This document shows, piece after piece, positions 1 through 10,346 of a stretch of 64,000 bases of DNA. This stretch comes from a virus, in IMG/VR virus record IMGVR_UViG_3300043395_003277, positions 21,450 to 85,449 of that record. The stretch is one strand, 5' to 3'. A program made the position numbers and the translations under genes. The notes below the pieces were generated by a model, which saw nothing but the letters and a program-made list of their open reading frames with translations, searched no databases and was not told where the DNA came from. Positions within the stretch are counted from its first letter, which is position 1. Every line of letters starts with the position of its first letter.

Positions 1-342
1 TTAAACAACGCTGAATTGCTTTATAACTTTACACGTAAAGGTACTGGTATTACGTTGCGTGGTCGTCTTGTTACAGATAGCTGGACTGATCAGACCACAA
101 AAGAACGTAAGTCTCAAACCAAGATCCAACTGGTCAGCATGACGCTGGCACCTAAGACAACATCAGGTGATACCAAACAACCACAAGCTCAACCCGTAGC
201 AACCAATGCAGCGGAAGCGCCATCTCTTTGGAACAATCACAGTGCTCCTGTTGATCCTTGGAATGTGGCTTCTGGTGGTGGGCTTCCTGACCTCCCTGGT
301 CATTACGGCCCTACACCTGATCTTGAAGAGCAACCTTTCTGA
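1..342 (+). CDS. ssb: Single-stranded DNA-binding protein, 5' end outside window
   Basis: OB-fold motif ITLRGRLVTDSWTD..T.ERKS, low-complexity linker, acidic C-terminal EEQPF tail. Confidence 0.85.
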   Translation, partial: LNNAELLYNFTRKGTGITLRGRLVTDSWTDQTTKERKSQTKIQLVSMTLAPKTTSGDTKQPQAQPVATNAAEAPSLWNNHSAPVDPWNVASGGGLPDLPGHYGPTPDLEEQPF

Positions 343-575
343 TGGAACTGCGATCCTTGAGCTTCCTCTGCAAAGAGGAAGACTTCACCATCTCATTTGA
401 GTCTCAAGGTGTTACTTCTGATGAGGTAATGCAACACTTTGTTCAGTTCATGGTTGGCATTGGTTACACACGCGCCAGTGTTCATGACGCCATGCGGGAG
501 ATTGTTGAGGAACACGAAGATTACCTCAAGAGTTATGACGGTGCAAAAGCAGACCTCCCATTTGCAATAGAGTGA
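342..575 (+). CDS. Hypothetical phage protein
   Basis: 77-aa ORF; start overlaps ssb stop (TGATG). Confidence 0.6.
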   Translation: MELRSLSFLCKEEDFTISFESQGVTSDEVMQHFVQFMVGIGYTRASVHDAMREIVEEHEDYLKSYDGAKADLPFAIE

Positions 576-628
576 TGTTACGTCCTGGGATGACGTTAAA
601 CTCATCCACTGTTCACTCTGAACAAACC

Positions 629-1729
629 ATGACACAAACACCGATTGATCCGCTAACTGATGAATGGATGGATAACATCCAAGCTGAAGAAATCACTCCT
701 CCTTCTCTGAAAACTCTCAACAAAATGACTACGAAAAAAACCTCTGCTCTTGCTACACGCGGTCTGGAATCTTTCCAGATGTTCCAGTCCAAAGAATTTG
801 TTTCGGGTTACCAGAACCTGGTCACTATTCAACCACTGAATAAGTCCAAGACTCGTGGCTGGTTTGTCCGCAAGTCTGATCTAGATACTTGCAGTTGGTC
901 CGCAACTGAAGATCAGTTTGCAAAAGGTTCTGTAATCTGGAACTACAAACAAACTTTTGGGATGGCTCCCAACACTTCAACAGAAGAAGGTCTTAACTTT
1001 ACTGAGCCTCGTCTCCAAATTCTGTTGCGTTCTCCACTCATGGTGGAAGAAACTACCGGTATGCGCCAAGTCATTGGCTCGTTTGATCACCCACAAGTCA
1101 AAGAACTTTTTGAGGCTGACAAGATTGCTTCTGATCTTGCCAACAGCAAAGGTGAAATGTACAAGCGTAAGTACAGCGTACGTACAAAATACTTGGTTTA
1201 TATCCTGACCCAGGATAATAAACGTGCCCATAAGATCCCAATGGTGCTGACTCTGAAGGGATTAAACGGTACCGATGTATCGGATAAGATCCGTATCTAT
1301 GAAAAAGAGATGTCCAAGTGCTTGAGTAAAGCGCTGGATTCCGAGGTGCCTTTGGCATTCAACGAAAAGTTTTATGCCACTACAGTATTCTGCCCGGTAC
1401 TTGCAAATGAAATGCGTGGTGCCAACAACGTTGAAATCTGCGCTATCGAATCGTTTGACATCCCTGATTACAGCTCTCAAGAAGATGCAATTGAATCACT
1501 GAATCGTCTTTCTATTCCTGATGAAGATCGGGAATCCACATGGAAGATGCAAGAGATGTTCCAGGATTACATCAATATCCACGCAAAACAAGATGCTCAA
1601 AAGTTAAATGGTGCATATGGAATTAAAGAAGGAGTCGAAATCCTTCCTGCTTCACGCACTACAGAAACAGTAGATGTTAAATCTTTGCCCGCTCGGGATC
1701 CTCTTACTGGTGAAGATTCTGAACTTTGA
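629..1729 (+). CDS. DUF5895-like cyanobacterial/cyanophage protein
   Basis: Motif RTKYLVYIL..DNK..HKIPMVLTLKG; ATG 629 chosen as start within ORF 572-1729. Confidence 0.55.
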   Translation: MTQTPIDPLTDEWMDNIQAEEITPPSLKTLNKMTTKKTSALATRGLESFQMFQSKEFVSGYQNLVTIQPLNKSKTRGWFVRKSDLDTCSWSATEDQFAKGSVIWNYKQTFGMAPNTSTEEGLNFTEPRLQILLRSPLMVEETTGMRQVIGSFDHPQVKELFEADKIASDLANSKGEMYKRKYSVRTKYLVYILTQDNKRAHKIPMVLTLKGLNGTDVSDKIRIYEKEMSKCLSKALDSEVPLAFNEKFYATTVFCPVLANEMRGANNVEICAIESFDIPDYSSQEDAIESLNRLSIPDEDRESTWKMQEMFQDYINIHAKQDAQKLNGAYGIKEGVEILPASRTTETVDVKSLPARDPLTGEDSEL

Positions 1730-1735
1730 TTGGCA

Positions 1736-2158
1736 ATGCATCGATTTTTATCTTTAATTGATGCAGAAGGAGGGCCAGCATCTTGCTGGCCTTTTCTTGG
1801 TTCTGCAATGGGTGCAGGTTATGGGCAAATGCCTCCGAATCCAGTAACACGTTTAGCACATCGTTGGTCTTACAACTTTTTTATCGGTCCAATTCCAAAA
1901 GGTAAAGTGGTTATGCATATTTGCGATAACCGCAAATGCTGTAATCCACTGCATTTAAAAATTGGAACCCAACAAGAAAATTTGTTGGACATGAATAAAA
2001 AACAAAGGCATGGCACCCATCCTAAAAAATGCACACCAGAACTTTTAAAACAAATTATTACTATGAAACAACAAGGATTTACTGCAGTTCAAATTGGAAA
2101 CGCTGTTGGTTACAACAAGCGTACTATTTTTCGTTTGTTAAGTGAGGCTAAGGAATAG
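1736..2158 (+). CDS. HNH homing endonuclease with C-terminal HTH
   Basis: CWPF..GYG, AHRWSY, VMHICDNRKCCNPLHL..GTQQEN..DM. Confidence 0.9.
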   Translation: MHRFLSLIDAEGGPASCWPFLGSAMGAGYGQMPPNPVTRLAHRWSYNFFIGPIPKGKVVMHICDNRKCCNPLHLKIGTQQENLLDMNKKQRHGTHPKKCTPELLKQIITMKQQGFTAVQIGNAVGYNKRTIFRLLSEAKE

Positions 2159-2402
2159 GGGGATTGGCAATATCTTCCTCGTTAACAGAAACATTATTGA
2201 AGATGAACATGTCTTGAACTAATCCCCGAATTACTCCTTGCCTATTTGTTGCAATTTGTGCAAGCAAGGTCGCCATCTCTTTTAAAGTACTTATCGAATC
2301 ACATTCATCAATGCTACGTTTAATTTTTTCTAACCAAAACTTATCCTCCATGCTTGGTTCAATCTGAAATTTAGTTAACGGTACGTACTTAATTTCTTCC
2401 AT
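2148..2402 (-). CDS. Hypothetical protein
   Basis: 84-aa helical ORF with ATG start and AT-rich leader. Confidence 0.55.
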   Translation of the reverse strand: MEEIKYVPLTKFQIEPSMEDKFWLEKIKRSIDECDSISTLKEMATLLAQIATNRQGVIRGLVQDMFIFNNVSVNEEDIANPPIP

Positions 2403-2481
2403 TTGTATTTAGTTGTTACAGTTATTTTACTCACACATTTAAACTGTAATCAAACCTTCTGATTGTGTTAACAATTACAAA

Positions 2482-2679
2482 ATGAAACCAGAAGAAAAAG
2501 CTGCACTCAAAGCGGGTGGTACCACAGCTCTTGTAGCTGGTGCCATTGCCGCAACCATTGCCAATCCTGTTGCGTGGGCTGCCGTTCTTTACGGTGCTTA
2601 TCGAATGGGTAAGACGGCTTACCGTGCTGCCAAGGAGCGCGATACACTGGAGAAGCAGAGGGAAAGTCATTACCTCTGA
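2482..2679 (+). CDS. Small membrane protein
   Basis: Ala-rich hydrophobic segment. Confidence 0.55.
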   Translation: MKPEEKAALKAGGTTALVAGAIAATIANPVAWAAVLYGAYRMGKTAYRAAKERDTLEKQRESHYL

Positions 2680-2711
2680 CTTCAATCAACTCAACTCAAT
2701 TCAACACAACA

Positions 2712-3650
2712 ATGGACATTACTCTTCAGCTGACATCTGATCAATCTCTGATCTATAACCGCACCAACATCAGACGTGCATATGAAGGATTTGATGACAC
2801 CGAAATCGCTGGGATTTTTGTGCGAGATGATGATTGTCTCGTGGTGCGTCGCGATGGTACTGAGCAAAGTTATGACAGGCAATTGATAAGAAATGCTTAT
2901 GTCTCTTATACACATCGCCTTAAAGACTTTTTTGCTTACCTAGGTCCAAACTATAGGGGTCCTAGTATTTGGCACAACAATGCCTATGTCCTTTTCAAAG
3001 GATGGAACTACACCCATGTCCTCGGACACACAACCCCTAACGCTAAGCTCCAAGCAAACTGGGCAGACAAATTTATCCACCTCTCAGACCCCAATAAACT
3101 TGTCACGTTACTACAGTCTGACCAAACGGACCTGGGCTATTTGGTGGCACCAGACGGGATGCGGCTTCCGGATCGGCCGCTTGATATGGACTCTTCACTG
3201 GATTACAGCCAAGAACAAAAGCCGATGTTTGGCGAACCTTACTGCTCGTGTGGGTCGTTTCAGCGTCAGCTCGGTGCTATACAAACTCTCCAAGAAGAAA
3301 TCCAGGGATATAAGCCGTGGTGTATCCACCTGACTTGGTTCAATAAATACCGTGAGCTTCTGTGCAAACGCACTGAAGTACGTAATGCTGCGCCCTCTGG
3401 AACACCAGATAAATGTGTAGCTTGGTTTTATGCACCTCCAGCAGATCATATCAGTGATGGTCGCTTTGTGCTTTTGCATACCAAACAAGGTGCTCAAGCC
3501 CCGCTCAGTCACTGGCGTACCTACAAATCTAAAGAAGTCCTGACGCAACATGATGCGTGGGATCTTTTCTTTAATATGCTTGAGGCCGGTTACGTTCCAT
3601 TCCCTGGTACCGCACTGCCTCAATTAAAACCAGCACTTAAGAAACAATGA
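2712..3650 (+). CDS. SWIM zinc-finger protein
   Basis: YCSCGSF...WCIH (CxC...CxH). Confidence 0.65.
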   Translation: MDITLQLTSDQSLIYNRTNIRRAYEGFDDTEIAGIFVRDDDCLVVRRDGTEQSYDRQLIRNAYVSYTHRLKDFFAYLGPNYRGPSIWHNNAYVLFKGWNYTHVLGHTTPNAKLQANWADKFIHLSDPNKLVTLLQSDQTDLGYLVAPDGMRLPDRPLDMDSSLDYSQEQKPMFGEPYCSCGSFQRQLGAIQTLQEEIQGYKPWCIHLTWFNKYRELLCKRTEVRNAAPSGTPDKCVAWFYAPPADHISDGRFVLLHTKQGAQAPLSHWRTYKSKEVLTQHDAWDLFFNMLEAGYVPFPGTALPQLKPALKKQ

Positions 3651-4081
3651 CAACAACTCAAGAAATGCTTGAGTATACAAAAACAAATGCTTGGTGCACC
3701 AATGAATAACACGCAAACCAAAACTAAAATGATTCGTTATGACTTAGAAGTTCCAGAAGAGTTCCATTGGAAACTTGTAGCATTAGGTGCTAAGCAAAAA
3801 CTTCATTACGAAGATTATGCTGAACGCGTACTTCAAGAGTTTGCCGTTAAAGCCACTCAAAAAATCAACGATGATTTCAAACAATCCATCATTAACCAGT
3901 TGGGTCAGCAAGTTAAAACTCCAAGTAATGGAGGACAATCCTGACGGCAGCTGTGACATCCACATCGAATGGGATGAAACAGATCCAGATCTTGCTCTGT
4001 GGAATTCATGGGGTGAAGAAGGACAGAAGCAATTTGTCCTTGATGCATTAAAAAACGCTTGCAACCACGCTCTTTCAACCG

Positions 4082-4465
4082 ATGACAATTGATGCTTACC
4101 AACTGCCAGAAGAGCAGTACACAAAGTTCTTTGAGAAGAACGCACGTCTTGCCTGTCAGCTTTATCTAAAGCTGCACAACATTGCAACAATTGAAGGTGT
4201 TGGCAACATTGATTTCCGCACCTTAATGGAGCTTTATAACGATTGCATCTATGCATCGAATGAAGATTGCCGTCAGTACCAAAAACAACATGATCCAGAA
4301 GTTGTTGCTAAACAACAAGAAGATCTGTTTATTTATGGATCGCCATCTAGGGAAGAGATGATGGAAGAAATTAAATCTATCAATGCCAAAGTTGAATCTA
4401 TAGTTGATTACATCACAGGACTAACAGATACATTAAAGACAGGATTTACTAAAATTCAATCCTGA
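4082..4465 (+). CDS. Hypothetical protein
   Basis: 127-aa ORF in the early operon. Confidence 0.55.
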   Translation: MTIDAYQLPEEQYTKFFEKNARLACQLYLKLHNIATIEGVGNIDFRTLMELYNDCIYASNEDCRQYQKQHDPEVVAKQQEDLFIYGSPSREEMMEEIKSINAKVESIVDYITGLTDTLKTGFTKIQS

Positions 4466-4520
4466 TTCATAGTCCTGGTCACGACTTTAAACTGACCAAT
4501 CTATATCTTCAACTCAACTC

Positions 4521-4640
4521 ATGTTTGAATCTATTCTTGGTGCTGTTGTTCCAGTGTTTAAAGATTTGCTTTGGGCAGCAGCAGGCATGCTGCTGACCTA
4601 TTGCATTAACAAATTTCAATCTCATTTCAACACCATCTGA
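4521..4640 (+). CDS. 39-aa hydrophobic peptide (not in ORF track)
   Basis: MFESILGAVVPVFKDLLWAAAGMLLTYCINKFQSHFNTI; stop 3 nt before the next ATG. Confidence 0.55.
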   Translation: MFESILGAVVPVFKDLLWAAAGMLLTYCINKFQSHFNTI

Positions 4641-4643
4641 GCC

Positions 4644-5345
4644 ATGTCCCAGATCACTTCGACTAAACTTAACGAGCTAAACATCATTAAGTTATACGAG
4701 CACTACAATGCTCTTGAAAAATCACTGCCTTTACTTACTCCTGAGTCCCAGGACTTGGCAAAAGCAGAGCTTGAAAATTGCGCCAACTTACGGTCTGAAA
4801 AAATTGATCGTATTTATTACGCCATGGCGGCGCACGAAGACGCCTTGGAGCGCATCAAAAAAGAAGGTGAGCTCATTACGCAAGCCAAGCGTCACCACGA
4901 ATCCCAACTGCGGCAACTCAAAAACTTGTTAAACTGGTTGAAGCGGTCGCTACCTTTTAATACCAATAAGATTGTTGGCCGCAACTATCAGTTCACACTT
5001 GTTAAGAAAAAGGATTTAACAGTTGAAGTCTCGTCAGATCCGGAGCTTTGGAACCCTGAAGAAAGAGAGCGTTATTGCGTTGAAGAAGAAGTCACCACAA
5101 CCAAACGAACCGTGCTACGTTCTATCTCAGGAGAAGTTCTTTCAGACAGAACAGAACCTACAACCAAAACTAAAATCCTCCCAAACCTTGATGCCATACG
5201 TAATGCCTACCAAACAGGACAACACCTTCCGGCTGGAGTCAAAGTCACTCAAGAATATGGCATCCGATCAAAACGAATCTACATTGAACCAAAAGTGGAA
5301 ATACCTGCATCCGAGTATCCAGGAGAGCTTTTACCAGAAGATTGA
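4644..5345 (+). CDS. Siphovirus Gp157-like protein
   Basis: Coiled-coil N-terminus (EKIDRIYY..ERIKKE) and C-terminal PNLDAIR..G..LPAGV. Confidence 0.65.
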   Translation: MSQITSTKLNELNIIKLYEHYNALEKSLPLLTPESQDLAKAELENCANLRSEKIDRIYYAMAAHEDALERIKKEGELITQAKRHHESQLRQLKNLLNWLKRSLPFNTNKIVGRNYQFTLVKKKDLTVEVSSDPELWNPEERERYCVEEEVTTTKRTVLRSISGEVLSDRTEPTTKTKILPNLDAIRNAYQTGQHLPAGVKVTQEYGIRSKRIYIEPKVEIPASEYPGELLPED

Positions 5346-5633
5346 TCCTCCTTTTTCCGTAGAGGATGCCAAGATCAAAATGAACTGTCACCAACATGCA
5401 GTAAAAGATTTTGATCTACAAATTGAAATGAATGATCTTGAGCTTGAAATGCTTAAAGATCAAGGTGAGATTCTTCCATATAACGAATCACGTGCTGATG
5501 ATCTTGAGCAGAAAAAGCTCAAGCTTTTACTTGGTAAACGGTTTCACCAAAATGCCATGAATGCCTATTGGTATTACTTGGCCAAAATGGCTAAATAAAC
5601 TGTCATACAATTAAAGAACAGCTGAGGTGTCCC

Positions 5634-5897
5634 ATGGGTGGCGATTCAATTCTTAATAAATTGATTGCTGGCTTTACCCAAGACGGGACACCTCTTACTG
5701 CTTTGCTTGGTTCAAAGCAAGAACTAGGTGTTGTTATCTTGACTGCTGCAATGCTTTCAAATGAAAGTCTTGCTTCTCAAATGACAGCAGAAGAAATGGT
5801 TGATGGTGCTATTAACTATTACAACGTTATCCAAGAACGTCTTGGTTACTATCAACAACACCAAGCTCATTCGCTTGAACGTCTTCTGGGAAGCTAA
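5634..5897 (+). CDS. Hypothetical protein
   Basis: 87-aa ORF with GAGG RBS and upstream TACAAT. Confidence 0.55.
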   Translation: MGGDSILNKLIAGFTQDGTPLTALLGSKQELGVVILTAAMLSNESLASQMTAEEMVDGAINYYNVIQERLGYYQQHQAHSLERLLGS

Positions 5898-7474
5898 TAC
5901 TAATGTCTTTAATTCAACGTTATCCTCAATTCTTTTCAAGTGACACTTATATCATTGGTAACTTGGCCAATGACTATAGTGCTGCACCAAGGCACAAGCA
6001 GAATTTTTTTGATATTGCAAGGGCTGGGTCTTCTATGCCAGCACAACCAGACTATTACTACCCAATGCGTTTTGCTGCGCCTTACACCAGCCAATCACGT
6101 TACCTGCCATTTGAAGCAGTACAACCAACCATGGGGTTTGCTGCGCCAAGAAGCACTGCTCCACAAAGACTTGCTTACCGTCTAAACACAAGTCCAAATC
6201 CATTTACTGCAGCTGAAACAATTGCAAACATTCCTGGTAAGATCCAGGCCAATGCACTGGCTGGTCGTTTTGTTGGCTCGTTATTTAACTGATACACTAT
6301 TGAGGTAATTAACTGTTCCCGATGGAATCGGTTGTAGTGCCCAAACTTGTCGTATCATTTGCAGTGGACATCGAAGTAAACTACGATTCCTTTGGTGGTA
6401 AAACACCTCAGGATATTGCAATTGCTTTGCAAGATGAGATCGATGATCTCCTTTACGAAGCAAGTCCCTCCGTTTCTTCTGTCTACACATCTATTACTGC
6501 ATTGGATTCCAATGACTGATGACCTCGTAAAGCGGCTTAATACTGCTGGGGGTTTTGATAGCCCCTGGTTGCGAGAGCAGCTGCTTGCCTGGAGCGCCCA
6601 GGAAGAACAGAAAAAAGCTGATTTCATGGAGCACATGTATAACTGCTCCGGACGGCAAGACAAATCCCATCCAATGCATGCTCTCTACACGGGTTTGTGG
6701 CAAGACTTCTGCATCAAAGAAGCTGGGCCTTACTGCCGCCAAGAGTGGTTTGACATGGTTGAAGCTGTTCGTCTCTTTGAACAAGGCAACCTCCAAACAG
6801 TTTCTACTGATACAAAACAAACTGTTGAACTTTCTTAAGCTTTAGAATATTCCAAAGTTGGTTTGGCGCATCACACTGGGATGTGCCTTTTTATTTATGG
6901 ACATTAACGAAAAGCCAATGGAAACCATCCAGCAATGGCAGGATTGGTACCGATCACACAGAGGTCTTCCTTTGGAAAATGAAGATGTAGTCTCAAAAGA
7001 CTCAGTAGAAAATCTTAATGAAACTTTTGCTGAAGCCAAACCTGAGACAGACTTAGAAGTCGTTTACTTAAAGCAAAGGGCAAAGGGATTCTTTGCGGAT
7101 ACCATTGCCGAATTTCAAAATGAACTAACTGCACAAGAACTATTCCAGTCCTTTAAAGAAGCTGTCATTGAACAACATGAACTCAACAAACAACAATTCG
7201 AAAGAACCCAAGAACTCCTTGGCTACCTTCACGGGAGCAGTTGTAAAAAAGCCTGTGAAAAAAAGTAAACGTTCCTATGGCCCTTCTTGGGTTTGTTATT
7301 CTTGTGGTATTAAACACGGTGCTTGGTACCAGGATGATGGTACATACATTGGACCTACACCAAGTTGCGCTACTTGTCACCACGGTAAATGTGATGTTTG
7401 CGGAACAACAAACATTGCTGTAACTGAGCCAAGGGATTATGGTTACCTTACGCGTAACCTTGATGGCCTTTTGC

Positions 7475-7762
7475 TTAAGTAGCAAACACACGCACTGGTG
7501 TTACTGGCGTCACCTCATGCTGCGTCCACCCATCCGGCAGCTCACCGATGTAATTGACGTGCCAGCCCGGCAGCAGCGTGGGCGGGGTGATGACTTCGCC
7601 AGTGTCGGGGTCGTAGACGCCGCCTTCGTAAATGAGACCGATCACATCCAGCGCGTGCGTGTGACTGGCGACGATGGGGTTACCGTCAGCATCCAGCAGC
7701 CCAGCAGCATCCAGAGCAGCCGTGCCGGTTGGCTCGTCGGGGAAGCGTAGGTATCGGGTCAT
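7475..7762 (-). CDS. Small tail-fibre-associated protein (MTRYLRFPDE...)
   Basis: GC-rich ORF with GWHVNY..ELPDGW..P.TP.RVFA; ATGA overlap with upstream stop. Confidence 0.65.
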   Translation of the reverse strand: MTRYLRFPDEPTGTAALDAAGLLDADGNPIVASHTHALDVIGLIYEGGVYDPDTGEVITPPTLLPGWHVNYIGELPDGWTQHEVTPVTPVRVFAT

Positions 7763-8421
7763 TGGGTCAGGGTCTGAAGCGTGCTGTTGCTGAGGCGCTG
7801 GGGCCGACCAAGAAGAACTTCTTCGTCGGACCAACCACGCCTGATCCGTTTGTAAACTTGGGCATCTGTAAGGCCAAGTTCTGTTATCCAGTCGGCAGCT
7901 ACCTGAGTCCTGCCGTTTAGCGTAAGCAGTTTGGTGTTTGACTTATTGCGGCTTTGCTCTGCGTAAGAAGCCCACCTGCAGTTGTCAGGGCTGTATCCCT
8001 TGCTGTTGTCAGCTCTTTCCAAAGTCAATCCATCTGGCGCCTCACCCATATCAGCCACAAAGCCCTCAAAGGTTTGCCATGTTTTACACACGTTGATTCC
8101 AGCGCCTCCGTAACGCGAGTACATGGGGCAAGTTGGATTGCTTGTTCTTTGGATCATGTTTTTCCAGATCCGCATAGTCCGTGTTGGCTTGCGGCCTACG
8201 TAGCCCCCGTGCTTGGTCGCTGTCTCTGCTGCGCGTTCGGCGCGCAAGCAGCCACAGGAGCGTGTTTTGCCATTTCTCAAGAGTTGGCCAATGACCACCG
8301 TTGACTGCCCGCATTCACATCGGCACAGCCATCGAGTCTTGCCATTAGAAAAGGAATCACGCTCCAAGACGGTCAACCGTCCAAAGACTTGGCCCTGCAT
8401 ATCGGCTAAAGGCTTTCCCAT
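7759..8421 (-). CDS. HNH-family homing endonuclease
   Basis: FGRLTV, WLCRCECG, TRSCGC, RYGGAGINVC..W, LTLERADNSKGYSPDNCRWA. Confidence 0.85.
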   Translation of the reverse strand: MGKPLADMQGQVFGRLTVLERDSFSNGKTRWLCRCECGQSTVVIGQLLRNGKTRSCGCLRAERAAETATKHGGYVGRKPTRTMRIWKNMIQRTSNPTCPMYSRYGGAGINVCKTWQTFEGFVADMGEAPDGLTLERADNSKGYSPDNCRWASYAEQSRNKSNTKLLTLNGRTQVAADWITELGLTDAQVYKRIRRGWSDEEVLLGRPQRLSNSTLQTLTQ

Positions 8422-8423
8422 GA

Positions 8424-10346
8424 TTACTGCGTGATCGTCTGCAAAACGCTATTGGGCAAGCGCTGTCCCCAATATACTAGGCGGCGGATGGTGCCAGAAA
8501 GGAACTCAGTGCCCCCTGTCGCGCCGCCAATGTTTGCCTGGTTGATACCAATAGGCATCGCACCACTGGTGTCTGATCCAGCCGTAGACGCACCTGTAGC
8601 CCATGACGCAAAGTCGTCAAGCTTGACAGCAGCTGCATATTTCCTAGTTGTTGTCCCAACAGCGGACCCGTTGCTACCAAATTGAGCAGTTGTTGCAGCG
8701 CCAGACCTGATTGTTAATTGATCGGCAGTTGTCGCTGATGTTATTGCACGGATGTTAAAACGATTATTAGTTGAACCATCTGTTAGGTCAATTGTTGTCC
8801 GACTGCTGGTATTCGTGGCGCTACCCGCTGGCAGCTGCGTCTCAGCAAACACCGTCCCCTCATCCTGCCGATACCAACTAGAAAAGTTAGTTCCGGTGAT
8901 ACTTGCCACGTCCGCACTGCGGGTGACCGTGGCGGTGGTGGTGGGGATGTAGCTGGTGGGGAAGGCACCGGCTTCTAACTGGGCGCCCCAGATGTACATG
9001 CCGCTGGTGCCGTCGCCGGTGTAAGAAATCGTTGAACCTGCCGAAACAATGTTTAAGTCGCAAAAAATGGCAGTGTTGGTCCCGCCAAGCGTCAAAGCGT
9101 AAGAACACCTGTACCAGCCGTCTCCGACATTTTGTATTGAAGCGACACCGCCAGTGGCGCCATTCAGGCCGGTGCTTGCGCTAAATATAGTGCCATTTGA
9201 CAAATTAAAAACGGCATTGCCTTGCCTGGAAAAACCAGGAGAGTCAACAATTCCAACATAGAATCTAGTGCGCTCTTTTGCTTTTACATACACCGACAGT
9301 GTATAAGCGTTGGTATTTACAGTGCCAGACACCGTTTGGTAAACTCTGTGCTGCCCTGTTGAGGTGTCTTCGGTTAAAAGATCAGCGGTAATAGATCCAT
9401 TTGGAGCGGCTATTGCATTAGCAGTTGAGCCACTGCCAAATGCAATTAGACCTGCCTTTATCCAACTCGCATTATCAAACTCCTCACTCCGCAGCATCAG
9501 GTTCGTCCTCTGCTCCTCCACCAGCAGCCCTAGGCTTTCGCCGGTTGTGGGGTTGTGGTCGAAGCGCGGGGCTGAGTTAATCGTGCTGGTGGTGGGGATG
9601 TATTCACCGACCGTGCTGGACTGCTCTAGTTGGGCGCCCCAGAGGTAAAAGTCGGTAGTCAGTGAGACGGAGCCAAAAGTATTGAGCCAGATTTGTGGTT
9701 GAACTAACGAAAAGGGAAGACTTGAAAAACTGCAGGAAGCCACAACTCGATACCAGCCCCCGCCAACATTTGCGATTGAGCCAGTTTGTCCAGATGCCGT
9801 TGTACCTTCGTTTGTAACGCTGACAGTGCCGTTACTAAGATTGGCGGAAACCCTTAAGCCGTTTGCGCTACCTTCTGTGAGGCGAACAACGACTGAGCTT
9901 TCAGTGCCTGCCTTGAGATAAATGGAAAACGTATAAGCGCCAGTCTGCGTTGCCGAAATGTTTCTTGTTAAAAACTTGTTAGCGGAGCCAGCGCTACCAG
10001 TTACTTGGTCTGCAGTAACAGCTCCCGTTGGCGCTGCAATTTGATTAGCCGTGACGGTCGCTGTATTTGCCGTAAATGCCGCAGCAGCATCTTCGCTGTT
10101 GGTAGCAAGGTTCGTCGTTGCCGTCTTGATCAGCCCGTCGCTGCCCACAAACGTGCCGCTGCTAGCGCGGGTGAACGTCACCAGGCTCTGCCCCGTAGTG
10201 GCGTCAACTAAACTTTTGTTTTCTGCAAAACGTAAATCTAAACTTGGAACTGCTTGTGCACTACGCCACAAAGCATTTTTTACCCAAGAAGGAGCTAACG
10301 CGCCGCCAGGTGTTACTCCGGTTCGAAACGCTGCAATGCCACGCAT
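8424..10346 (-). CDS. Tail fibre/spike protein with tandem carbohydrate-binding-like domains
   Basis: PSLDLRFA, TFTRAS, two GWYR...WGAQLE...YIPTT repeats, PRFDHNP..GESLGLLVEEQRTN. Confidence 0.75.
   Translation of the reverse strand: MRGIAAFRTGVTPGGALAPSWVKNALWRSAQAVPSLDLRFAENKSLVDATTGQSLVTFTRASSGTFVGSDGLIKTATTNLATNSEDAAAAFTANTATVTANQIAAPTGAVTADQVTGSAGSANKFLTRNISATQTGAYTFSIYLKAGTESSVVVRLTEGSANGLRVSANLSNGTVSVTNEGTTASGQTGSIANVGGGWYRVVASCSFSSLPFSLVQPQIWLNTFGSVSLTTDFYLWGAQLEQSSTVGEYIPTTSTINSAPRFDHNPTTGESLGLLVEEQRTNLMLRSEEFDNASWIKAGLIAFGSGSTANAIAAPNGSITADLLTEDTSTGQHRVYQTVSGTVNTNAYTLSVYVKAKERTRFYVGIVDSPGFSRQGNAVFNLSNGTIFSASTGLNGATGGVASIQNVGDGWYRCSYALTLGGTNTAIFCDLNIVSAGSTISYTGDGTSGMYIWGAQLEAGAFPTSYIPTTTATVTRSADVASITGTNFSSWYRQDEGTVFAETQLPAGSATNTSSRTTIDLTDGSTNNRFNIRAITSATTADQLTIRSGAATTAQFGSNGSAVGTTTRKYAAAVKLDDFASWATGASTAGSDTSGAMPIGINQANIGGATGGTEFLSGTIRRLVYWGQRLPNSVLQTITQ

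Noticed and set aside
7759-10346. Diversity-generating retroelement TR/VR pair
   Set aside because: No reverse transcriptase in the window, and differences between repeats are not adenine-specific
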